Below the pieces are notes generated by a model that saw nothing but the letters and a program-made list of their open reading frames with translations, did not search any database and was not told the origin of the DNA. A program made the position numbers and the translations under genes. A stretch of DNA of 64,000 nt from Terriglobia bacterium (lineage in GTDB: Bacteria; Acidobacteriota; Terriglobia; Bryobacterales; Bryobacteraceae), in the NCBI GenBank assembly GCA_020073345.1, contig JAIQFI010000008.1, positions 42,108 through 106,107 on the forward strand. Direction: 5' to 3'. How positions within the stretch are numbered: position 1 is the first letter of the stretch; the number at the start of each line of letters is the position of its first letter. Shown here one piece after another: positions 36,179 to 47,852 of the stretch.

Positions 36179-39043
36179 ATGCATCGTCTGTCGAACCTCC
36201 CGTTCCGGGACCGGACCCGTGCCGCGCGCGAGCTGGCGGCTCTGGCGCCGCATCTTCCCGCCGCCGTTCAGAATCGCTTCGATCTTCTGCTGGCCAGCTC
36301 GCCTGCGCCGGAACAGGGCCTGCATTATTTCACGCGGCTCCGGGAGCAACACTCCAGCGCCTTCCATCGCTTGACGCGCTCCGCCATCGGACTGCGGCAC
36401 CTGGTGGCCGTGTTCACCTATAGCCGGTTCCTGGCCGAAGAAATCCTGGAGCATCCCGATTGGGCCGAGCAGCTACTGGATCCAGTGGATTTGCAGCGCG
36501 TCAGCAGCGTCGAAGATCTCCGCGCGGGGCTCGAATCTGCGCTTCCCCCGGGCCTGCCTCCGCCCGTGGAACTGGCGAAATTCAGGCGTCGCCAGATTTT
36601 GCGGATCATGATCCGCGACGTGATGGGACTGGGCACGTTGCCGGAAATCACCGGGGAACTCACTTCGCTCGCCGACGCACTGGTGGAAGTCGCCTATGAA
36701 CGGATTCACCAGGACCTTCTGGCACGCTACGGCCGGCCCAAGACCGACGAGGGCGAGGCTCACTTCGCCGTGATCGCGCTGGGGAAAATGGGTGGACAGG
36801 AGTTGAACTATAGCTCTGACATCGACCTGATGTTCCTCTACTCCGCCAATGGCCAGACCACGGGACCGGCGAGCGTTTCCAATAAGGAATTCTTCAAGCG
36901 GGCGTCGAATCAGCTGACCGGGCTTCTTTCGGCCTACTCCGCGGAAGGGATGTGCTACCGGGTGGATCTGCGCTTGCGCCCCGACGGAAGCCTGGGCGAA
37001 GTCTGCATATCGCTCGAGGGCGCGCAGAATTATTACCAGAATCGTGCCCGCGACTGGGAGCTGCAGATGCTGATCAAGGCGCGTGTGGCCGCCGGCCATC
37101 GCCCTACCGGGCGCGCGTTGCTGGATTTCGTCGAGCCGCGAATCTATTCCACCAGCCTGGACTTCTCCGCCATCGAAGAACTCTCCGCCACGCGCGAGCG
37201 CATGAATGACAAACTCGCGGCGCGCCAGGCCAACCGGCCCGCGCCACCCGGCAGGCCCGGAGGGCTTGGAGAGATGATCGATGTCAAACTGGAGCGCGGC
37301 GGCATCCGCGATATCGAATTCTTAGTCCAGTGTCTGCAGCGGCTGCACGGAGGCGCCGATCCCTGGGTCCGACACGGTGGGACCATGCTGGCGCTCGCGC
37401 GTCTACAGGACAAAGGATTCCTAACCGGCGCCGAATACGGACGGCTGGCCCAGGCCTACCAGTTCCTGCGCCACCTGGAACACCGTCTGCAATTCGACGA
37501 AGACCGGCAGACCCACCGGCTCCCGGAGGATCCGGCCGAATTGGAGCTGATCGCGCGCCGCATGCCCGGCGCCAGCTCGGGCGCCACGTCAGCGGGAGGT
37601 TCGGCAGAATCGCTGCTGCGCGAGTTGCGCAATCATTTCGCGGCAGTGTTGGAAATGTACGCGCGCGTGGTGCGCTCCCAGCCGCCCGCGGGTGCCGCCC
37701 CAACTGAAGCTTCCTCGCAGGCTGGCGGCCGCCACACCGCGTTCGTCATCCAGGCGCTCGATCAGCGCGCGCCCGCCCTGGCTGCTGCCGTCGCCCGTGC
37801 CGATCTCCATCGCGGCTATCTCCCGTTCGAATACTTTCTGGAACGCCTGTCGCACGATCCGGCGCGCATCGAGCGTCTCAATTCCGAGCCGAAACTGGCC
37901 GCCACGGCCCTGGATCTGTTCGAGCACAGCCCGCACTTCGCCGAGGAACTGATCCGGCGGCCGGAATCGATGGACGAACTGGCGCGCATCTCGATTCCAC
38001 TGATCCAGGACGAGCCGCCTCCGAACGACGCCACCGAACTGCGCCGCTGGTTCCGGCGGGCAATTCTTAGGATCGAGGCCGAGAGTATCTGCCGGTCGCA
38101 TCCGATTTTCGAAACGCTGGAGAGCACTTCGAGGCTGGCCGACGCCGCGATCGCGCGCACGTACGAGATCGCCATCACAGATGTGCGCTCGTCAAACCCG
38201 CCCGAGAATCCCGGCTACCAGCCCGGCAATCAGATGTCGGTCATCGCGTTGGGGCGGCTGGGCATGCGCGAGTTCGATCTGGGCTCCGACGCGGATCTGG
38301 TGTTCGTGCTGCCGGATTCCGAGGCTTCCGAGATGGTCTTTTGGACGCATGTTGCGGAGCGTGTAGTGCATCTCATCACTGCGTACACCGGCGAAGGCGT
38401 GCTGTTCGCCGTGGACGAGCGATTGCGGCCCAATGGCACCGCCGGACCTCTGGTGCAGACCGAGAGCGCCGTCACGGACTACTTCGCCCATGCCGCCGAA
38501 GCCTGGGAAGGAATTACGTACATGAAGTCGCTGGCGGTGGCCGGCGATCTGAAGCGCGCCGAACTCTTTCTCCACGAGCTGCAGCAAGTCGACTGGAGGC
38601 GTTACGGGCAGGGCGGGCGTTCCCGGGCGGATTTGCGCGAGATGCGGGCGCGCCTGGAAAAAGAGCAGGGACCCTCGCGGCCCCTGAAAGCCGGCCGCGG
38701 AGGCTACTACGATATCGATTTTCTGTTGTTATACCTGCGCCTGAAGAGCGCGGGCGTATTCTTTACCGTGCTGAACACGCCCGCCCGTATCGAGGTTCTG
38801 GAAAACATGGGCCACTTGAGCCGCCAGGACGCCCAGTTCCTGAGCGATGCGGCCACCTTCTATCGTGCGCTGGACCATGGTCTTCGCGTGATCACCGGAC
38901 ACGCCGAGAGCCGCTTGCCCGGATCAGACGCGCAGTTGGACGCGCTCAACGCACTGCTGCCGCGCTGGACGCCGATCCCGCTGTCGGACTTGAACAGAAT
39001 TCGCTCGGAGACGCGAGCCCTGTTCGACCGCTTTTTTCGATAA
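36179..39043 (+). CDS. glnE: Bifunctional glutamine synthetase adenylyltransferase/adenylyl-removing enzyme
   Basis: 954 aa with two nucleotidyltransferase cores: ALGKMGGQELNYSSDIDLMFLY and ALGRLGMREFDLGSDADLVFVL. Confidence 0.95.
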   Translation: MHRLSNLPFRDRTRAARELAALAPHLPAAVQNRFDLLLASSPAPEQGLHYFTRLREQHSSAFHRLTRSAIGLRHLVAVFTYSRFLAEEILEHPDWAEQLLDPVDLQRVSSVEDLRAGLESALPPGLPPPVELAKFRRRQILRIMIRDVMGLGTLPEITGELTSLADALVEVAYERIHQDLLARYGRPKTDEGEAHFAVIALGKMGGQELNYSSDIDLMFLYSANGQTTGPASVSNKEFFKRASNQLTGLLSAYSAEGMCYRVDLRLRPDGSLGEVCISLEGAQNYYQNRARDWELQMLIKARVAAGHRPTGRALLDFVEPRIYSTSLDFSAIEELSATRERMNDKLAARQANRPAPPGRPGGLGEMIDVKLERGGIRDIEFLVQCLQRLHGGADPWVRHGGTMLALARLQDKGFLTGAEYGRLAQAYQFLRHLEHRLQFDEDRQTHRLPEDPAELELIARRMPGASSGATSAGGSAESLLRELRNHFAAVLEMYARVVRSQPPAGAAPTEASSQAGGRHTAFVIQALDQRAPALAAAVARADLHRGYLPFEYFLERLSHDPARIERLNSEPKLAATALDLFEHSPHFAEELIRRPESMDELARISIPLIQDEPPPNDATELRRWFRRAILRIEAESICRSHPIFETLESTSRLADAAIARTYEIAITDVRSSNPPENPGYQPGNQMSVIALGRLGMREFDLGSDADLVFVLPDSEASEMVFWTHVAERVVHLITAYTGEGVLFAVDERLRPNGTAGPLVQTESAVTDYFAHAAEAWEGITYMKSLAVAGDLKRAELFLHELQQVDWRRYGQGGRSRADLREMRARLEKEQGPSRPLKAGRGGYYDIDFLLLYLRLKSAGVFFTVLNTPARIEVLENMGHLSRQDAQFLSDAATFYRALDHGLRVITGHAESRLPGSDAQLDALNALLPRWTPIPLSDLNRIRSETRALFDRFFR

Positions 39044-39047
39044 GGTA

Positions 39048-39821
39048 TTGGGGATGCAGACAGCCTTGGTCACCGGAGCAAGTCGCGGCGTGGGCCGGGG
39101 CGCCGCCATTGGACTCGCGGAGTGTGGATTCAGAGTCTTCGCGACGGGCCGCACCGTCGCGACGGCGGATCTCCCTGGCGCCATCACACGCTTGCCTTGC
39201 GATCACCTGCGGGACGATCAGACCGCGGCAGCCTTCGCACAGGTTGCCGAGGGACTGGACGTGCTGGTCAACTCCGCGTGGGGTGGCTACGAGCAAATGA
39301 ACGAGAATGGCAAGTTCACCTGGCCCCTGCCCTTCTGGGAGCAACCACGGCATCGATGGACCGGCATGATGGACGCGGGCCTGCGTGCTGCCTTCGTCGC
39401 GGCGTCCCACGCCGCCCGAATCATGGTTCCGCGAAAACGCGGGTTAATCGTGAACATCAGCCACTGGGCGGCCCAGAAGTACATCGGCAACACGATTTAC
39501 GGAATTTCGAAAGCCGCCACGGACAAGATGACCGCGGATATGGCTCGCGAACTTGCGCCCCACGGCATATCCGTCGTGTCACTCTACCCGGGTTTGGTGC
39601 GAACCGAATTGGTCATGGCCGCCGCGGCAGGCGGATGGTTCGATCTCTCCAACAGCGAAAGCCCCGAGTTCATCGGGCGAGTCATCGCGGCACTGGCCCG
39701 CGATCCGCGGCTCCTGGAACGCACTGGAAAGGTATGCGTCGCGGCGGCGCTCGCTCAGGAGTATGGAGTGAGCGACGTGGATGGCAAACATCCCGCGCCA
39801 CTCACGGTCGAGACCGTCTGA
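39048..39821 (+). CDS. SDR family oxidoreductase
   Basis: TGASRGVGRG cofactor motif and the YGISKAA catalytic Y-x3-K. Confidence 0.9.
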   Translation: MGMQTALVTGASRGVGRGAAIGLAECGFRVFATGRTVATADLPGAITRLPCDHLRDDQTAAAFAQVAEGLDVLVNSAWGGYEQMNENGKFTWPLPFWEQPRHRWTGMMDAGLRAAFVAASHAARIMVPRKRGLIVNISHWAAQKYIGNTIYGISKAATDKMTADMARELAPHGISVVSLYPGLVRTELVMAAAAGGWFDLSNSESPEFIGRVIAALARDPRLLERTGKVCVAAALAQEYGVSDVDGKHPAPLTVETV

Positions 39822-39825
39822 CTGA

Positions 39826-40698
39826 TTAGCGGCGGCGCTGTTCCTTGCGCTGCTCCTTGCCGTGCTCCTCCACCCTCTTGCGACCGCCTTTCTGCTCCGC
39901 GACGCGCTCGCGCTCGGTGCGTTGCCGCACCTCATGCCGTTCCTCGATTCGAGGGGGCGGTCCAGGCCGCCGGATCGTGTACGGATGGACGTATGTTCCC
40001 CGATTCCCCCAACCCCGGCGCCACTCGCCGTTATTGATGATCACCGTGTGGGTGTTCCACACGAAGCGATTGCCACCCCAGCCCCACGGCCGGAAAGCCG
40101 GCCCGATCGCGATGCCGAAACCGAACGTAATACCCCGCCCTATCACAAAGCCGGCCCGAGGCCGGGCAAATACGATCAGAGGATCATAGTACGGCACATA
40201 GATCACCGCTGGATTCACCGGCGCAATCTCGATATACGGCCCTCCGCTGACGATAATCTGTCCGTTGGTTCGGAGATAACCGAAATCGCGGGCCTGGCGG
40301 CGCATCCGCTGGACCGCATCCATAACGTCCGCGTTCTGCGCCAAGAACGCGTCCCCCAGGTCGCGCGTCCAATTCATGTCGGAAGCCATCATGCCCAGGA
40401 CCGACGGGAACGGCAGCAAAGCCTGAACGCTCGGATCCCAGGGCAACTGGTCTTCCTGAATGTCCCGCGCCAAGGCGTCTCCCGTGAGGTAGTGGTGTTG
40501 ATCCGCCCATCGCGCCGCATCGGGAATGTCGTTGGGGAACGTGGCGGCGGCCAGAACCTGCGCCAGCAGTGGATCCGGATACAGCGCGATTCGCGAAACC
40601 AGACTGTCCAACTGTTGAGGTGGGAAAGATGGGGGCGCTTGCGCCAAAAGCGGGATCGCCGCCAGCATCGCAAAACCAACTATTCTTATGCGTCGCAT
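39826..40698 (-). CDS. DUF3300 domain-containing secreted protein
   Basis: The ATG at 40698 follows GGAGG. LDSLVSRIALYPDPLLAQVLAAATFPNDIPDAARW is the DUF3300 pattern. The tail is basic. Confidence 0.8.
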   Translation of the reverse strand: MRRIRIVGFAMLAAIPLLAQAPPSFPPQQLDSLVSRIALYPDPLLAQVLAAATFPNDIPDAARWADQHHYLTGDALARDIQEDQLPWDPSVQALLPFPSVLGMMASDMNWTRDLGDAFLAQNADVMDAVQRMRRQARDFGYLRTNGQIIVSGGPYIEIAPVNPAVIYVPYYDPLIVFARPRAGFVIGRGITFGFGIAIGPAFRPWGWGGNRFVWNTHTVIINNGEWRRGWGNRGTYVHPYTIRRPGPPPRIEERHEVRQRTERERVAEQKGGRKRVEEHGKEQRKEQRRR

Positions 40699-40742
40699 GA
40701 TTGCCTCCTGTTGCTCGCGTTGCACGTAAAAATCTCGATGAA

Positions 40743-41060
40743 CTACCGCCGGCGCCAATAGCCGTTATAGTAACGACGGCCGGCATATCGCGGCCCCACC
40801 CATACCGCTCCGGCGTAGGGCGGCCGGGACCAGTATCCTGCACGCCAGACATAACGGGGCCCTACACGGTTATAGTAGCCGGAAACCCAAACGTACCCTG
40901 GTCCGGGGCTCGGCGGATAATACGCAACCGGGGGTGGAGGCGGAGGCGGAGCCGCATAATATCCATACGCCGGACCGACGCCAACTCCTACCGAGAAGTG
41001 AACAGCGGCAAATGCAGAGCTGCTCGCCAGCAGCATCAAAACCAATAAACTCTTCTTCAT
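40743..41060 (-). CDS. YXWGXW-repeat small secreted protein
   Basis: The ATG at 41060 follows AGGAGG. Signal peptide MKKSLLVLMLLASSSAFA, a poly-Pro run, and repeats GYVWVSGYY, RYVWRAGYW, GAVWVGPRY and YYNGYW. Confidence 0.75.
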   Translation of the reverse strand: MKKSLLVLMLLASSSAFAAVHFSVGVGVGPAYGYYAAPPPPPPPVAYYPPSPGPGYVWVSGYYNRVGPRYVWRAGYWSRPPYAGAVWVGPRYAGRRYYNGYWRRR

Positions 41061-41198
41061 GATCGCGTCCTCCTGGCTCGAAATCTGCATTCCAGTTGCC
41101 AAAGCGGATCTGCAAGAAATCCCGTGAGTTAGAGGACTGGCTTCGCTCGCGTCGGTGGCTGATTTCCACCACGGGAGGCTGATCTTAGCCAGCAACTT

Positions 41199-42559
<1,361 letters not shown>

Positions 42560-42563
<4 letters not shown>

Positions 42564-44605
42564 GCGCGGACCTCAGCCTCCGTAGCGATTATGTCGAGCG
42601 TAGCCACCGGAACTTCGACGAAGAAGCGGGTGCCCGCCGGCCGGTTATCTTCCACGCGGATGCGGCCGCCGTGCTCGCTCAGGATATGGCTGACAATCGC
42701 CAGACCGAGGCCGGTGCCGCGGCCCTTGGTGGAAAAGTAGGGTAAGAAGAGCTTTTCCTTGTCTCCGGCGGAGATTCCGCAGCCCGTGTCCGCGATCAGC
42801 AGTTCCACCGAGTCCGCGGAGGTGGCGCGCGTGACCACCATCAGCCGTTTGACCATCGCGTCCCGCATCGCTTCGGCCGCGTTGTCCACCAGGTTCACCA
42901 CCACGCGTTTGAACTGGTCGGGATCGAGATTGACGCGGGGCAGATCGGGCGCCAGATCCGCGCGCACGTCGATCCCTTCCAGCCGGCCATCGAAGACATC
43001 CAGCCCGTTGTGGACGACTGTGTTCAAATCGCAGGGGACCATTTGAGCTTTCGGGAAACGCGAAAACTGGGAGAACTCATCGGCCAGCGTCTTCACCGAT
43101 TCCACTTCGCGCGAAATAGTGGCCGCGCACTCCCGGAGCACTCGATGGGAGTCCGCCGTCGAAGCTCCACGGTCCAACTGGCGCGCGATCCGCTCGGCTG
43201 AGAGCGCGATCGGTGTGAGGGGATTCTTGAGCTCGTGCGCGATCCGCCGGGCCACTTCATGCCAAGCCTCGGCCTTTTGGGCCCGCAGCATTTCACTGGT
43301 GTCTTCGAGAACCACCACGTAGCCCGGTGCGTCTGGCTCGTGTGCGGGCAACGCCGAAACGGTCAAGGCCAGATGCAGAACCTGGCCGGGCCGCTCCAGA
43401 TCCACTTGGCTGGCAGCCAGTCCTGTGCGGCGCGCGCGCTTCATCAGATAGCGGAGCTCGGCGGCATGCTCGGGCGGAAACAGATCGCCGAGCGTAGCGG
43501 CGCGCTCCACCTGATCGGCCGGAAACAGCCCGCGCAGCGCGCGATTCACGTGCTGGATACGGCCATCGGAAGTCAGCGAGATCACACCCGTCGGAATGCT
43601 TTCGAGAATGGCTTCGGTGAACCGTCGGCGGCTTTCCAGTTCGCGACTGTTGTCTTCCAGGCCGTGCATCATTTCGTTGAATCCGCGCACCAGCGTCGCC
43701 ATCTCATCGTTGGCCGGTACGTTCACGCGATACCCCAGGTTGCCCTTGCGCACCTGGCTGGCCGCCTCGAGCAGCGCGGAAATCGGCACGCTGATCTGCT
43801 TTGCCAGCATCAGCGCGATCCAGGTCGCGACGAACAGGATGAACAGCGCGATCAACACCTGGAAAAGGAGGTACAGGTATCGCATCGACCGGCGGTCGGC
43901 GGAAAGCTGGTTGTACTTATTCACATACGCCTGGATCTGTTTCTGCTTTTCCACGACATCGACATGCGGCTGCACCCGGACCACTAGCGTCCCTTGACCG
44001 CGAAGCTCATCGCGAGCAGTGAACAGGGGAGCACTGGCGCGGGAGGCGCACAGGACCCGATTCCCGGTGGGCGTATCGATCCGCAGTTCCTCGATTCGGT
44101 TCTCGCGGCACAGCCTCGCGAAATCCGCGGTGCCGTTTTGCACCTCGGGAAGCACGGCGAGCCAATGCGCCAGCGCATCCGCCCGGGACTGCACCTCTTC
44201 CCCGAGTCCCTCCGCGGCGTCCCGCAACTGGATATTCATCCCTTCCACGGGCGCGCTGAACCATTTGTCAAGATTGCGATTCAGGACGGCGTAGCTGAAC
44301 AGGAACAGGAACACGACCGGTAACAAGCTGAGCGCCAGCGCGCCGAACACCAGTTTCGACCGGATACGCGAACCTTCCTGGTTGCGCTGCCGCTCCAGGT
44401 ACAACTTCACGGTTTCCCGGAACAGCATGAATCCAAGCGTCACCGTCAGCAAAAAAATCAGCGTGGAGACGGCCCAGAACAGAAATGTTTCGGCTGCGTT
44501 GGTGGGACCGTACTCGCCGAAGGTGAGCGAAACCTGCCACACCACCAGCGTGACCAGAATGGCCAGAACCACCAGGCCCGCTCCGAAAAGATGCCGTTTG
44601 CGCAT
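42560..44605 (-). CDS. Sensor histidine kinase, NtrY-like (TM-HAMP-PAS-HisKA-HATPase)
   Basis: 681 aa with a multi-TM N-terminus. H-box IAHELKNPLTPI and N/G boxes (NLVDNAAEA, DTGCGI, GTGLGLAIV). A 4-nt overlap couples it to the regulator. Confidence 0.9.
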
Positions 44606-44680
44606 CGGTATATCAATTATAAGTGGGCATCCAATAGAGGGGGGCAGTGTATCCTGGAGTTCTCTGCATTCGACAAAGAT

Positions 44681-45208
44681 ATGAATCGCATTTCTTACGC
44701 GTTTCGCGCTTTCTTCTCCATCCTCTTCAGCGGCGCGCTGCCGCCCGACATCGCCCAGGCGTTCGGATACTCCAAAGCTTTGCCTATAAAAGCTATGCCC
44801 GTGAAGGCGCCACCGCCGCCTAAACCGCAGGCCGGGCCCTCTGCCGGAGCAGTACAGATTCTGGGGATCCTGCAGCGCGACGCGCGACTGGTGGATTTTC
44901 TGATGGAGGACGTCGCCGCGTATTCAGATGAACAAGTGGGCGCCGCCGTGCGCGACGTGCACGCGCAATCTCGCTTGGCGCTCGACCGCTATATGCGTCT
45001 GCAGCCGGTGATCGACGGCGTGGAAGGAACGTTCACCAAGACTGAGGGCGTGGACAAAGCCGCGCTGAAATTTATCGGCAAGGTGCCGCCCAGCGGCACT
45101 GCCCCCGGCGGTTTGCTGCGCCACAAAGGCTGGAAAGCCGAAAAAGTGGATTTGCCGCTGACCGGTCCGAATGACGTTCTCGCACCCGCCGAAATCGAGA
45201 TCGAGTAG
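44681..45208 (+). CDS. DUF2760 domain-containing protein (family name from memory)
   Basis: Taken from ATG 44681. FRAFFSILFSG N-terminus, a Pro-rich linker, then GAVQILGILQRDARLVDFLMEDVAAYSDEQVGAAVRDVH...LLRHKGWKA. Confidence 0.75.
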   Translation: MNRISYAFRAFFSILFSGALPPDIAQAFGYSKALPIKAMPVKAPPPPKPQAGPSAGAVQILGILQRDARLVDFLMEDVAAYSDEQVGAAVRDVHAQSRLALDRYMRLQPVIDGVEGTFTKTEGVDKAALKFIGKVPPSGTAPGGLLRHKGWKAEKVDLPLTGPNDVLAPAEIEIE

Positions 45209-45224
45209 TCCCGATACGTAATCC

Positions 45225-47846
45225 ATGAACATCGGAATCGATCTGGGCACCACCAACTCGGCGCTCGCGTTCATCGACCCGGCCCAAGCCGCGGCCGAGG
45301 ACTCTCCCGCGATCCAGGTGCTCGATGTGCCGCAGTACGTCGCGCAGGGGCGCATGGAAACGCGCCGAACGCTGCCTTCGTTCCTGTATCTGGCTGGTCC
45401 GAACGCCGATCAACAATTCACCGGCGTTTACGCGCGCGAGCAGGGCGCCCTGGTCCCGACGCAATGCGTACACTCCGCCAAGAGCTGGCTGTCGAATCCG
45501 GACGTGGACCGCACCGCCAAGATCCTGCCGTGGGACGCGCAGGAAGCCGGGCGCCTGCTCTCGCCGGTCGAAGCGTCCACCCGCATCCTGAAGCACCTGG
45601 CGGAAACCTGGACCAAGGCTCAAGGCTCACCCGTAGGCGAGCACCCAGTGGTGCTCACGGTTCCCGCCAGTTTCGACGAAGAGGCTCGCGAGCTGACGGT
45701 GATGGCCGCGCGCGAAGCCGGGATCGAGAAGCTCACGCTGCTGGAGGAGCCGGCCGCGGCATTCTATTCGTGGATCGCTAACGATCTGACGCGCTCGCAA
45801 AAGAGTCTTTTTGACGGTCAGAACGTGCTGGTGTGCGACGTCGGCGGAGGCACCAGCGATTTCACGCTGATCCGCGTTGCGCGCGAGGGCGACCGCGTCG
45901 ATTTCACCCGCACCGCCGTGGGCAAACACCTGCTGCTGGGCGGCGACAACCTGGATTTGACGCTGGCCTGGCTGGTGGAATCGAAGCTCGGCAAGCAGTT
46001 GTCGATCCGGCAGCGCAGCGCCCTTCGCCGGCAGTGCGCGGCTGCCAAAGAGAAGCTTCTCTCCGACCCGAATCTCAAAAGCGTCGAGGTGACGGTGCTC
46101 GGCGGCGGCTCGTCGCTGGTCGGCGGTACGCTCAAGACCGAGATCCTGCGCCAAGAAGTACTCGAACTGGCTCTGGACGGATTCCTGCCTGCGTGCGAAC
46201 TTACCGATAAGCCCCAAGAAGACGCATCCAGCCCGTACCGCGAGGTAGGCTTGCCCCTGGTTGCCGATCCCGCCGTGACGCGGCATCTGGCGGCGTTCCT
46301 CGAAAGTTCCGGCAACACGCGGCCCGACGCGATTCTGTTCAACGGCGGCTTCTTTATTCCCGAAGTCCTGCGGCAGCGAGTGGCGGACGTGATGGAACAC
46401 TGGTACGGCCACCGGCCCGTCATCTTCGAGAATCGCGATCTGGATCTGGCCGTGGCGGTGGGCGCCGCATACTATTCCTATGTCCGTTCCACGGGTTCCG
46501 GGCTGCTGGTGCGGGGAGGCCTGCCCCGCGCGTATTTCATCGGGCTCGCTGGAAATGGCGGCGATACGTTACGCGCGATGTGCTTGGCCCCGCGCGGTAC
46601 CGAAGAAGGCTCCTCGATCGAGCTTGACCCCGGGAATCTGCAACTGGTCGCCAACAAGCCCGTCGCATTCCGGCTGTTCAGCACGTTAACGCGCACCGAA
46701 GATCGCGCGGGCGACGTCGTGACGTTTTCAGCGGAAGAGCAGCGCGAACTTCATTTACACGCTCCACTTCACGCCGTGTTGCGATTCGGCAAAGCCGGCG
46801 AGCGCCTGGTGCCCATCAAGCTTGGCGCGAAACTCACGGAGGTGGGGACGCTCGAGATCTGGGCCGAGTCGAAAACGTCGGAACACCGCTGGCGGCTGCA
46901 ATTCGAGCTGCGCAAAGCGGCGGCGGCCGAAGGGCTGCAGAGGCCCGCGGCGGTGATCAGCGAAGAGGCCCTGCAGCTCGCTGCCGCGCTCATCCCGCAG
47001 GCATTCTCAAACAGTCAACTGGAACCCCAGCAGTTACCCGCCCGCCTGGAACAGACGCTCGGTTTGGGCCGTAATTCCTGGCCCGTGTCGGCGATCCGCG
47101 CGCTGGCAGACCGTATGCTGGAGCTGGCCGATAGCCGGAGCCGCAGCGCCGCGCATGAGCTGCGGTGGCTCAACCTGTGCGGCTTTTGCCTGCGGCCGGG
47201 GTTCGGATTCCCGGGCGACGACTTCCGCATCGAACAAGCCCGCCGCGTGTATGCTTCCGGCTTGCTGTTCGCGAATCAGATTCAGAATGAGATCGAGTGG
47301 TGGATTTTCTGGGGTCGCGTAGCCGGAGGACTGAACAAGAACCAGCAGACCGACTTGTTCCAGCGCCTCTCGCCTATCTTATTACCAAGAACGTCAAAAC
47401 GTCCGAGGGTGAATCCAAGCTTGCTGCGCGAAATGTGGCGCGCCGCGGCAAGTCTGGAACTGCTTCCGATCCAGACCAAAACGCAGCTCGGCGATGAATT
47501 GATCACGCGCGTCGTGGCTGGCGAGTTTGTCGATACCGGCCTGTGGTGCATCGCGCGGTTGGGCGCGCGGAAACTTTTCTACGGCCCCATCAACCAGGTG
47601 TTGCCCCCGGCGACCGCCGCGCGCTGGGCAGAGCAATTGCTGAAAGTTGAAAAAGCGAGCGATGCAATTGGCGCCGTCGCGCGGCATACGGGCGACGCGA
47701 CACGCGATCTGCCGGCGTCCACCTTGAGCGTCGTCCGCCGAACCTTCCCCGATCTCGAACTGGATCGCGAGCCGCAGGATCAGCTGGCCGCCATGGGCCG
47801 GATCTTCGGCGAGGATTTGCCCTCGGGTCTTGTGTTCAAAGAATAG
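45225..47846 (+). CDS. Non-canonical Hsp70-family ATPase (873 aa) with a large unassigned C-terminal region
   Basis: Actin-fold NBD motifs IGIDLGTTNSALA, LTVPASFDEEARE, CDVGGGTSDFTLI and AVAVGAAYY. A beta-rich middle is followed by a Trp-rich helical C-terminus (RWLNLCGFCLRPGFGFPGDDF...EIEWWIFWGR). Confidence 0.85.
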   Translation: MNIGIDLGTTNSALAFIDPAQAAAEDSPAIQVLDVPQYVAQGRMETRRTLPSFLYLAGPNADQQFTGVYAREQGALVPTQCVHSAKSWLSNPDVDRTAKILPWDAQEAGRLLSPVEASTRILKHLAETWTKAQGSPVGEHPVVLTVPASFDEEARELTVMAAREAGIEKLTLLEEPAAAFYSWIANDLTRSQKSLFDGQNVLVCDVGGGTSDFTLIRVAREGDRVDFTRTAVGKHLLLGGDNLDLTLAWLVESKLGKQLSIRQRSALRRQCAAAKEKLLSDPNLKSVEVTVLGGGSSLVGGTLKTEILRQEVLELALDGFLPACELTDKPQEDASSPYREVGLPLVADPAVTRHLAAFLESSGNTRPDAILFNGGFFIPEVLRQRVADVMEHWYGHRPVIFENRDLDLAVAVGAAYYSYVRSTGSGLLVRGGLPRAYFIGLAGNGGDTLRAMCLAPRGTEEGSSIELDPGNLQLVANKPVAFRLFSTLTRTEDRAGDVVTFSAEEQRELHLHAPLHAVLRFGKAGERLVPIKLGAKLTEVGTLEIWAESKTSEHRWRLQFELRKAAAAEGLQRPAAVISEEALQLAAALIPQAFSNSQLEPQQLPARLEQTLGLGRNSWPVSAIRALADRMLELADSRSRSAAHELRWLNLCGFCLRPGFGFPGDDFRIEQARRVYASGLLFANQIQNEIEWWIFWGRVAGGLNKNQQTDLFQRLSPILLPRTSKRPRVNPSLLREMWRAAASLELLPIQTKTQLGDELITRVVAGEFVDTGLWCIARLGARKLFYGPINQVLPPATAARWAEQLLKVEKASDAIGAVARHTGDATRDLPASTLSVVRRTFPDLELDREPQDQLAAMGRIFGEDLPSGLVFKE

Positions 47847-47852
47847 CGTTTC

